DNA of 32,000 nucleotides, taken from assembly GCF_000018785.1 (NCBI RefSeq), contig NC_010163.1, forward strand, positions 210,001 to 242,000, given 5' to 3'. Shown piece after piece: positions 1 to 7,427 of the stretch (position 1 is the stretch's first letter; every line of letters begins with the position of its first letter). The translations under genes were made by a program, and so were the position numbers. This DNA is from Acholeplasma laidlawii PG-8A. GTDB lineage: Bacteria; Bacillota_I; Bacilli_A; Acholeplasmatales; Acholeplasmataceae. The notes under the pieces were generated by a model, which saw only the letters and a list, made by a program, of their open reading frames with translations, was not told where the DNA came from and ran no database searches.

Positions 1-218
1 TAGAATTAGGCATTAAAGCAAAGATTACACCAGCACATCTTTTTGATGATGTTAAAAACATTTTATTAAGATTAGAACTAGTTAAAGAACCTTTATTAGA
101 TAAAAAACAATTTATAGAATATATAGGTTTTGACAAGAAAAACCTAGCGGATGGTTTACGTTTTGTTTATATCAAAAACATAGGTGAACCAATCATTAAG
201 AAAGGTGTTGAAATATAA
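1..218 (+). CDS. aroB: 3-dehydroquinate synthase, C-terminal fragment (5' end outside window)
   Basis: Open frame from nt 3 to TAA 216-218 translating ...ELGIKAKITPAHLFDDVKNILLRLELVKEPLLDKKQFIEYIGFDKKNLADGLRFVYIKNIGEPIIKKGVEI*. Resembles the AroB C-terminus (DKKN..g.lRFV.l..iGe) and directly precedes aroA. Confidence 0.75.
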   Translation, partial: ELGIKAKITPAHLFDDVKNILLRLELVKEPLLDKKQFIEYIGFDKKNLADGLRFVYIKNIGEPIIKKGVEI

Positions 219-219
219 A

Positions 220-1461
220 GTGCTAGAAATTATTCCAACCAATTTATCAGGTGAAGTAAAGATTGTTTCATCTAAATCTTTATCACACCGATATGTACTT
301 GCAGCAGCTCTTGCACATGGACAATCAAAGATTGATAACATATTAGACTCTGATGATTTAATAGCCACACAAAGCGCTTTAAAAAGTTTAGGTGCAACCA
401 TTAATCAAGGATTAATTACAGGTGGTAAGGTTCAAAGAGTACATGAAACTATTGATTGTTTTGAGTCTGGTTCTACATTAAGATTTTTAATTCCGGTCGC
501 AATGCTTCAAGATAAACCTGTGACATTCACGGGTAAAAATCAACTACCATTTCGTACTCAAGAAATGTATGAAAACCTCTTTAAAGAAACTTATCAATTT
601 GAGCATCCAAAAGATAAGTGGTTACCACTTACTGTAAGTGGTCCACTTAAAGGTGGTACATATCACTTAAGAGGTGATGTAAGTAGCCAGTTTATTACAG
701 GCTTACTTTATGCTTTACCACTTGCACCAAATGATTCTGAAATTATTTTAACCTCGCACTTAGAATCTGTTGGTTATGTAGATATGACACTCGATGTATT
801 AGATAAATTTGGTATTAAGATTATTAAAACTGTAAATGGTTATAAGATACCTGGAAACCAACACTATAATCCGGGCAACTACAGTGTAGAAGGTGATTTT
901 AGTGGGGCAGCATTTTTTGTTGCAGCAGGCTTACTTGCTGGACCAATTCACTTAACTAATTTAAATCACCATAGTTTACAAGGTGATAAAGAAATTATTG
1001 ATCTTGCAGTGAAGATGGGTGGAGATATTACACCCACAAGTGAAGGTTATTTGGTTAAACCATCTAAATTAAAAGGTATTTCTATTGATGTCGGACAAAT
1101 TCCAGATTTAGGTCCGATACTTATGGTACTTGGTGCACTTGCAGAAGGTACTACAATTATTCATAACGCATCTAGATTACGTATTAAAGAATCTGATAGA
1201 TTAAATGCTATGGTAACAAACCTTAAAGCACTTGGTGCAAACATTAAAGAAATAGGGGATACTGTAGAAATTAAAGGTGTTTCTAAACTAAAAGGCGGCG
1301 TTCTAGTTTCAAGTTATAAAGATCATAGAATTGCCATGTCGATGGCGGTTGCCTCCATCATGTGCGAACAACCAATTACACTAGATGATGAGACTGTAGT
1401 GTCTAAAAGTTATCCAAATTTCTTTGAAAGTTTTAAAGCGTTAGGAGGTCAAGTAAAGTGA
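220..1461 (+). CDS. aroA: 3-phosphoshikimate 1-carboxyvinyltransferase (EPSP synthase)
   Basis: SKSLSHRYVLAAALA, GSTLRFLIP, DVSSQFITGLLYALPLA, RLRIKESDRLNAM, VSSYKDHRIAMSMAVAS motifs. The ORF track starts at GTG 184, but homology begins at GTG 220, 1 nt after the aroB stop. Stop is TGA. Confidence 0.95.
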   Translation: MLEIIPTNLSGEVKIVSSKSLSHRYVLAAALAHGQSKIDNILDSDDLIATQSALKSLGATINQGLITGGKVQRVHETIDCFESGSTLRFLIPVAMLQDKPVTFTGKNQLPFRTQEMYENLFKETYQFEHPKDKWLPLTVSGPLKGGTYHLRGDVSSQFITGLLYALPLAPNDSEIILTSHLESVGYVDMTLDVLDKFGIKIIKTVNGYKIPGNQHYNPGNYSVEGDFSGAAFFVAAGLLAGPIHLTNLNHHSLQGDKEIIDLAVKMGGDITPTSEGYLVKPSKLKGISIDVGQIPDLGPILMVLGALAEGTTIIHNASRLRIKESDRLNAMVTNLKALGANIKEIGDTVEIKGVSKLKGGVLVSSYKDHRIAMSMAVASIMCEQPITLDDETVVSKSYPNFFESFKALGGQVK

Positions 1462-1712
1462 GTTTAGAACCCTTAAGAAATGAAATTGATAAAGTGGATA
1501 AAGAACTTGTCAAATTATTAGAGCGCCGTTTTGAATTAGTAAAAGAAATTGGCGACTATAAGAAGTTACATAACTTGCCAGTTCTAGATCTAGCAAGAGA
1601 ACAACAAGTACTTCAAAAGAAAAAGGAACAACTCTCCAATAAGGACTTATGGCCTCACTTTGAAAAGTTGTTTCAACATATTATGAATATCTCAAAAGAA
1701 TTAGAAAAATGA
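1458..1712 (+). CDS. chorismate mutase, AroQ/type II, stand-alone
   Basis: 84 aa: LRNEIDKVDKELVKLLERRFELVKEIGDYKK...PVLDLAREQQVL, a typical AroQ helix pattern. GTG start overlaps the aroA TGA; TGA stop overlaps the aroE ATG. Confidence 0.88.
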   Translation: MSLEPLRNEIDKVDKELVKLLERRFELVKEIGDYKKLHNLPVLDLAREQQVLQKKKEQLSNKDLWPHFEKLFQHIMNISKELEK

Positions 1713-2491
1713 AAGTATTTGGATTAATTGGACATCCATTAGGGCACTCTAAGTCGCCTAAATTACATAAAATCATTGCTAGTTATTTTAGTAGACAACT
1801 AGTTTATAAATTATTTGATATGGATCACATCGATAAAGTAAAACCATTGATTGAAGGGTTAAAAAATGGTACATATCATGGTTTTAATGTAACCATTCCA
1901 TATAAGGAAGCAGTGCTTCCCTTTTTGGATATCATAACACCTAAAGCTCAAAAGATAGGTGCAGTAAACACTATCTATTTTAAAGATAATCAAGTCATAG
2001 GTGACAACACTGATTATGATGGTTTTTTATATTTAATTAAACAACAATCTATAATAAAAAAAATCATGAACCCTATTATATTAGGTAGTGGTGGTGCAGC
2101 AAAATCAAGTTATGCGGTGTTAAAAGATCTTGGATTTGACTCGGTTGTTGTATCAAGAAATCCAAAGGATAATGTGCACTTTAATCACATCATAAGTTAT
2201 GATAAACTACCAAGTTACTCATATGATTTGGTTGTAAACACGACACCAATTGGGATGCATCCAAATATTAACCAATCGCCACTGGATGAAAGTTTAGTAC
2301 ATGATAAATTTGTTATAGATCTCATCTATAATCCACTGGAAACTACTTTAATGAAATATGCTAAACATAGTATTGGTGGACTTGATATGCTCATTGTTCA
2401 AGCATTTAAAGCTCAAAATATATGGTTTGGTGAAGAAAAAGAATTAAAAGATGATATATTAAATCATATCAAGGAGGACGTATATGAATAG
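1709..2491 (+). CDS. aroE: shikimate dehydrogenase
   Basis: FGLIGHPLGHSKSPKLHK, GFNVTIPYKEAV, GAVNTI, NTDYDGF, LGSGGAAKSSYAVL, NTTPIGMHP motifs. Confidence 0.95.
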   Translation: MKVFGLIGHPLGHSKSPKLHKIIASYFSRQLVYKLFDMDHIDKVKPLIEGLKNGTYHGFNVTIPYKEAVLPFLDIITPKAQKIGAVNTIYFKDNQVIGDNTDYDGFLYLIKQQSIIKKIMNPIILGSGGAAKSSYAVLKDLGFDSVVVSRNPKDNVHFNHIISYDKLPSYSYDLVVNTTPIGMHPNINQSPLDESLVHDKFVIDLIYNPLETTLMKYAKHSIGGLDMLIVQAFKAQNIWFGEEKELKDDILNHIKEDVYE

Positions 2492-3470
2492 TTTCGGCAC
2501 TTTATTTAAAGTAACTTTATATGGTGAATCACATCAAGATGCTATAGGTATAGTTATTGATGGTGTAAAACCCGGTCTTAAAATTAACTGGGATGATGTA
2601 GAAGGCGACCTAGCTAAAAGAAGACCAGGTGCTGTAGGTACAACACCAAGAGTTGAAAAAGATAAACTAGAAGTTACATCTGGTATATTTAATGAATATA
2701 CTACAGGTTCTCCACTACATATTATGATCAGAAATGAAAATGTTATTTCTAAAGACTATAGTCATCTTAAAAGTCAACCAAGACCAGGACATGCAGACTT
2801 TGTAGCTAGTATGAAGTATCAAGGATTTCATGACTACCGAGGTGGGGGTCGTTTTTCTGGAAGACTAACTGCACCACTTGTGGTTGCAGGTAGTATTGCA
2901 AAACAAATGTTACCGTTTGAGTTTAGTCATGAACTGATTCAAGTGGGATCTCTTACAGATATGTCACAACTCGATACATATTTACGTGAAGTACATAACC
3001 AAGGAGAATCTGTTGGTGGCATCGTTGAAGTTCGAGTAAAAAATATGATAGTTGGACTAGGCGAACCTATGTTTGAAAAGTTAGATGCTAAAATTGGTCA
3101 AATGATGTTTTCAATACCGGCTGTAAAAGGTGTTGAAATTGGTACAGGTTTTAGTGGCGCAACTCTCTATGGTTCTGAGTTTAATGATGTCTATGAAGAT
3201 GAAACCGGAAAGACTTTAACCAATCATTCTGGTGGAGTATCTGGTGGTATTTCTAATGGTAATGATTTAGTCGTAAAGGTTTTTGTTAAGCCAACTAGCA
3301 GTATTGGTAAAGCACAATCTTCATTCAATTTAGAAAGTAAACAAAAACAGTCTTTTGAAATTGGTGGTAGACATGATACTGCAATTGTAAGACGTGTAGG
3401 TATTGTACTAGAAAATGCACTTGCTATTGTATTAGCAGACCTATATTTATGGAGTAAAATATATAAATGA
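2484..3470 (+). CDS. aroC: chorismate synthase
   Basis: NSFGTLFKVTLYGESHQDAIGIVIDGVKPG, RPRPGHADF, YRGGGRFSGRLTAPLVVAGSIAKQ, GGVSGGISNGNDLVVKVFVKPTSS. Confidence 0.95.
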   Translation: MNSFGTLFKVTLYGESHQDAIGIVIDGVKPGLKINWDDVEGDLAKRRPGAVGTTPRVEKDKLEVTSGIFNEYTTGSPLHIMIRNENVISKDYSHLKSQPRPGHADFVASMKYQGFHDYRGGGRFSGRLTAPLVVAGSIAKQMLPFEFSHELIQVGSLTDMSQLDTYLREVHNQGESVGGIVEVRVKNMIVGLGEPMFEKLDAKIGQMMFSIPAVKGVEIGTGFSGATLYGSEFNDVYEDETGKTLTNHSGGVSGGISNGNDLVVKVFVKPTSSIGKAQSSFNLESKQKQSFEIGGRHDTAIVRRVGIVLENALAIVLADLYLWSKIYK

Positions 3471-4453
3471 TGTTTTATAAACAAGTGTTACACACAACAA
3501 TTAAATTAGTCGTTGTAGCAATTATATCAGCAACTATAGCCTATTTTGTTGGTATAAATGACTACATACTTGTTGGTACAATAGGTATTTTATCTGTATC
3601 ACTTACAAAAAAAGACACCATTAAAGATAACATCAATAGATATCTAGATGTATTGTTAGGTTTAGCACTATCCGCATCTATCTTCTTTATATTTGGTTTT
3701 AATTTATATGCACTGATTATATTTTTAGTCCTATTTATTTTTGCATCATATGCCTTTAAAATAAACATTGGATTAATACCTGCGCTTGTTTTAGCAAAAC
3801 ACTTATTTGATGCACAAAATATCGAATGGCTATTTATTTTTGAACGTGTAGCAATTATTACAATTAGTGTTGGTACAGCACTCATTATGAATATGCTATA
3901 TCCTGAATTCCATAATAAACGTATGATTTATTATGTGAGTGAAGTTGATGAGAAATTAAAAGACCATTTATTTATGTTAAGTATATATCTAGTTAAAAAA
4001 GAAGGCAGTAAAGACTTCTTAAAACATTATGATTTATTAAATGAAGAAATCAGTAAAATGATTATGCTTGCTGAAGCAAGTGATAAAGATAAGTTATTTG
4101 ATAACGATCATAGATATCTTGCATATCTTTATATGAGACGCAATCAATTAAACTATATAAATAATATGTATCAAAGTGTTCAGAGAATGGATACTTCACA
4201 TCCATATGAAAATACCATTTCGAACTTTATTAAAGAACTTATTCTAGATATAGGTATTGATGATAAAGCGACTAAACAATTAAGTAAATTAGATAACATG
4301 AAAAAGGTATTTAAAGAAGAGTCTTTGCCTAAGACAAGAGATGAATTTGAAACGCGTGCATTACTCTTTCATATGTTAGAAGATTTAGAAGAACTACTTC
4401 ACGTTAAGGTAAGATTTCATGAACGTTACCCCAACTTCATATTAACACTTTAA
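3467..4453 (+). CDS. aromatic acid exporter / FUSC-like family membrane protein
   Basis: 328 aa with several N-terminal hydrophobic helices, then a soluble helical C-terminal half. Architecture resembles ArAE_1/FUSC proteins. ATGA overlap with aroC. Confidence 0.65.
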   Translation: MMFYKQVLHTTIKLVVVAIISATIAYFVGINDYILVGTIGILSVSLTKKDTIKDNINRYLDVLLGLALSASIFFIFGFNLYALIIFLVLFIFASYAFKINIGLIPALVLAKHLFDAQNIEWLFIFERVAIITISVGTALIMNMLYPEFHNKRMIYYVSEVDEKLKDHLFMLSIYLVKKEGSKDFLKHYDLLNEEISKMIMLAEASDKDKLFDNDHRYLAYLYMRRNQLNYINNMYQSVQRMDTSHPYENTISNFIKELILDIGIDDKATKQLSKLDNMKKVFKEESLPKTRDEFETRALLFHMLEDLEELLHVKVRFHERYPNFILTL

Positions 4454-4460
4454 AAAAATA

Positions 4461-4492
4461 AGGATAACTTATCAAATTTGATAGGTTATCCT
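4461..4492. terminator. bidirectional intrinsic terminator between the convergent exporter gene and mvaA
   Basis: AGGATAACTTATCAAATTTGATAGGTTATCCT: AGGATAAC/GTTATCCT stem with inner ATCAAATTTGAT, flanked by A-rich and T-rich tracts. Confidence 0.85.
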
Positions 4493-4498
4493 TATTTA

Positions 4499-5728
4499 TT
4501 ATGACAGGGTCTTTATAAATTCTTTGGCGTTTGCCACTGTAATTTCTTTACTAGTGACTAAATGGTTTACAACTTCATTAATGTTTGAAGGTTGTGCACC
4601 AGCTTCAAGTGCAACGTTTCTTGCATGTAATCTCATATGACCTTTATTAATACCGTCTGTAGTAAGTGCATAAAGTGCTGCAAAGTTTTGAGCAAGCCCA
4701 AGACATGCTGCAACTTTCATAAGCTCCATCGCATTTTTAACACCGAGTATTTTATGTGATAACTTAACCTTTGGTAGAATTCCCATAGAACCACCAACTG
4801 TACCAAGTGCCAAAGGTATTTTTATTTCACCAACTAAAAAATCATCTTTAACATACCACTTGGTCAGTGGAATGTATTTACCACTAACTGAAGCATAAGC
4901 ATGCGCACCAGCCTCAATTGAACGGGTGTCATTACCTGTTGCAAGCATTAGAGCACTAATACCATTCATAATTCCTTTATTGTGTGTTGCTGCTCTATAC
5001 GGGTCAATATGTGCATATGTAGAAGCAGCTGCAATATCTTTATGAATAACATCGGAGTTCTTTAAGTGTTTTGGATCAATTTTTACAGAAGCAGATACTA
5101 ATGCATCCACGGCTAGGTTGGATAGAATACTCATTAAAACTTCAGCCTTATAATCAATAGTTACAAAATGACTAATAGCTTCTAAAATGGTATTGATGGT
5201 GTTTGCACCCATGGCATCTAGTGTATTGATACTTGCATAAAAGCATACAAAGCCTTGAGTTTTATCTTCGACTTTAAATGACAATAAACCACCACCCAAA
5301 TTATGAATTTGTGGGTGTGCTTTATAAGCAATATCTTTAAATGTTTCTTTATGACTATTTAAGTAATCAATTAATGCTTTTGGATCAGATACGTTTTTAA
5401 AAATAATTTGACCAATCATTACACGATTGATTTCATCAATTTTAAAACCACCATTACGATAAATTATTTTAGCGGCATGAGCAGCACCAGCAATGACTGA
5501 AGGTTCTTCAGTTGCCATCGGTATATGGTATAAGACATCGTCAATTAAAAAGTCTGGAGCAACGCCTAAACCCACTTCATACGTCGTAATAAAGTTTTCA
5601 ATCAAGTGGTCAAAAACAATATCACCTGCACTTTTGTTTAGACTTGCATCGAATCTATCAATAGATTCTAATGCTTCAATACGTTCTTCAATAGATTTTT
5701 TGTAAAAGTTTTTTAGTAATTTATTCAT
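4499..5728 (-). CDS. mvaA: hydroxymethylglutaryl-CoA reductase, degradative-type
   Basis: ATEEPSVIAGAAHAAK, KSELITIHKE-like core MSILSNLAVDALVSAS, IAAASTYAHIDPYRAATHNKGIMNG, ATGNDTRSIEAGAHAYAS, LGTVGG; matches class II HMG-CoA reductase. Confidence 0.93.
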   Translation of the reverse strand: MNKLLKNFYKKSIEERIEALESIDRFDASLNKSAGDIVFDHLIENFITTYEVGLGVAPDFLIDDVLYHIPMATEEPSVIAGAAHAAKIIYRNGGFKIDEINRVMIGQIIFKNVSDPKALIDYLNSHKETFKDIAYKAHPQIHNLGGGLLSFKVEDKTQGFVCFYASINTLDAMGANTINTILEAISHFVTIDYKAEVLMSILSNLAVDALVSASVKIDPKHLKNSDVIHKDIAAASTYAHIDPYRAATHNKGIMNGISALMLATGNDTRSIEAGAHAYASVSGKYIPLTKWYVKDDFLVGEIKIPLALGTVGGSMGILPKVKLSHKILGVKNAMELMKVAACLGLAQNFAALYALTTDGINKGHMRLHARNVALEAGAQPSNINEVVNHLVTSKEITVANAKEFIKTLS

Positions 5729-5748
5729 AATTCACCTCTAGTCCATTT

Positions 5749-5757
5749 ATTATAACA
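5749..5757 (-). promoter_or_regulatory. extended -10 element (TGTTATAAT) upstream of mvaA
   Basis: Minus strand reads GCATGTTATAATAAATGG, 21 nt from the CDS start. Confidence 0.6.
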
Positions 5758-5785
5758 TGCAAAATCTACAAAACCTTAACTCTTG

Positions 5786-5794
5786 TGTTATAAT
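5786..5794 (+). promoter_or_regulatory. extended -10 element (TGTTATAAT) upstream of mvaS
   Basis: CTCTTGTGTTATAATTTCTTATAC, 37 nt upstream of the ATG; AGGAG SD before ATG 5832. Confidence 0.6.
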
Positions 5795-5831
5795 TTCTTA
5801 TACATGTTAAAAACATATTTAGGAGCAACGC

Positions 5832-6974
5832 ATGAAAATTGGTATTCATAAAATGTCGTTTTATGTCCCAAAGTTTTACTTGGATATAAACACTTTAGCA
5901 CATGCTAGAGGTATTGACCCGTTAAAATATACAAATGGCTTACTTACACATAAAATGAGTGTAGCACCATTTAATCAAGACATCGTGACACTTGCAGCAA
6001 ACGCAACTTTAAACTATCTAACTAAAGAAGATATCAAAGCAATCGATTTAATACTATTTACAACAGAAAGTGGTATAGATTATTCCAAATCAGCAGCAAC
6101 ACATCTTATCAGTATCTTAGGTTTAAGAAATGATGTGAGAGCACTTGAGATGAAACAAGCGTGTTACGCTACAACTGCTGCCCTTTATTTTGCTAAAGGA
6201 CATATTTTACAACATCCTGAATCTAAAGTATTAGTGATAGCTTCAGATATTGCAAAATATGGGTTAAATAGTTCTGGTGAACCAACTCAAGGCGCTGGTG
6301 CAGTGTCTATGATTGTGTCTAGAGAACCTAACATTATGGTGTTAGAAGATCAATATGGTATTCATTCAGAGGATATCTACGATTTTTGGAGACCAGATGG
6401 TTTAGATTATGCCCAAGTGGATGGTAAGTTCTCAAATGAAATGTATAAAAAGTTTTTCTTAAAAACATTTGATAACTACAAAATGCAAACCAAACATACG
6501 CTAGATGATTTTGCTGCATTAACATTCCATATACCTTATCCGAAAATTGGATTAAGAAGTTTAGAATTGGTTGCAGATAAAGCAAACAATCCTAGCCTAT
6601 TTGAAAACTTCTATACAAGTATTTCATACAACAAATATATTGGTAATATCTATACAGGTTCCCTATTCTTATCTATTATTGCTTTACTTGAACAAGGTAA
6701 CTTAAAAGCAGGTGAGCGTATCGGGATGTTTGGATATGGTTCAGGTGCTGTTGCAGAGTTTTTCTCAGCAAAACTTGTTGAGGGTTATAAAGCACATCTA
6801 AACAAAGAACTACATGAAAAACAACTTTCAAATAGAACTGAACTGGATATGGAAAAATACGCTGTATACTTAACTCGAAAAGTTACAAATGACACTGTAT
6901 TAGAAGATGATCTTGATGTTAAAGTTCAATTAAAATCAATCACAGATTATAAGAGAAATTATCAAAATAATTAA
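5832..6974 (+). CDS. mvaS: hydroxymethylglutaryl-CoA synthase
   Basis: MKIGIHKMSFYVPKFYLD, FTTESGIDYSKSAAT, RALEMKQACYATTAALYFA (catalytic Cys), GAGAVSMIVSREP, FHIPYPK, IGNIYTGSLFLS, GMFGYGSGAVAEFFS. Confidence 0.95.
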   Translation: MKIGIHKMSFYVPKFYLDINTLAHARGIDPLKYTNGLLTHKMSVAPFNQDIVTLAANATLNYLTKEDIKAIDLILFTTESGIDYSKSAATHLISILGLRNDVRALEMKQACYATTAALYFAKGHILQHPESKVLVIASDIAKYGLNSSGEPTQGAGAVSMIVSREPNIMVLEDQYGIHSEDIYDFWRPDGLDYAQVDGKFSNEMYKKFFLKTFDNYKMQTKHTLDDFAALTFHIPYPKIGLRSLELVADKANNPSLFENFYTSISYNKYIGNIYTGSLFLSIIALLEQGNLKAGERIGMFGYGSGAVAEFFSAKLVEGYKAHLNKELHEKQLSNRTELDMEKYAVYLTRKVTNDTVLEDDLDVKVQLKSITDYKRNYQNN

Positions 6975-6979
6975 AAAAA

Positions 6980-7010
6980 ATACGCATATACTGGAGATGT
7001 ATATGCGTAT
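6980..7010. terminator. bidirectional intrinsic terminator, better tail on the minus strand
   Basis: ATACGCATATAC-TGGAGAT-GTATATGCGTAT (12-bp perfect stem). Plus-strand tail is TATTATTTAT; minus-strand tail is TTTTTTTT. Confidence 0.88.
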
Positions 7011-7055
7011 TATTATTTATATATTTAGGACATTAAATCATGTTATATTAAAAAA

Positions 7056-7121
7056 CTATTTTTTTACCGGTTTTTTAGGAGCAGGTGCTTGTTTAGCAGC
7101 TGGTTTTTGTGGAGCAGCCAT
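7056..7121 (-). CDS. putative 21-aa low-complexity small protein MAAPQKPAAKQAPAPKKPVKK
   Basis: Minus-strand ATG at 7121 preceded by AAAGGGG-AATAATC-ATG (SD plus 7-nt spacer), TAG stop, followed by the 6980-7010 terminator with a T8 tail. Too short for the ORF track. Confidence 0.6.
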   Translation of the reverse strand: MAAPQKPAAKQAPAPKKPVKK

Positions 7122-7412
7122 GATTATTCCCCTTTCGTTATTCATGATAAATAGCCAAATCTTTTAACTCATCTTTCAATCTCCACTTAGAAATTAAGTT
7201 AAATGATTATGTGTAATTAGTGTTAACCAAAATTACCACTTCAACTATATTATACGCCTATAAAATGAGGAATTCTTGATAAATAATTACATAAAACATG
7301 AATAAATATTCATAATATATAATGACTGATTTTTGGTATGAAACTTATACCTTTTTAGGTATGAAATTCTTTAAGTAAAATAGCTTACTATGACCTGAAC
7401 TTGAACTATACA

Positions 7413-7421
7413 TGCTATAAT
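7413..7421 (+). promoter_or_regulatory. extended -10 element (TGCTATAAT) immediately upstream of the recG ATG
   Basis: CATGCTATAATTTAGTTATGATTAG; the ATG at 7428 lies 6 nt after the -10 hexamer. Confidence 0.55.
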
Positions 7422-7427
7422 TTAGTT

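Noticed and set aside
3224-3885. Minus-strand ORFs of 86 and 107 aa under aroC and the exporter
   Set aside because: Entirely antisense to well-supported genes, no recognisable domain or SD; typical shadow ORFs.
5493-6585. 70-aa plus ORF inside mvaA and 83-aa ORF inside mvaS
   Set aside because: Antisense or alternative-frame translations within conserved enzymes.
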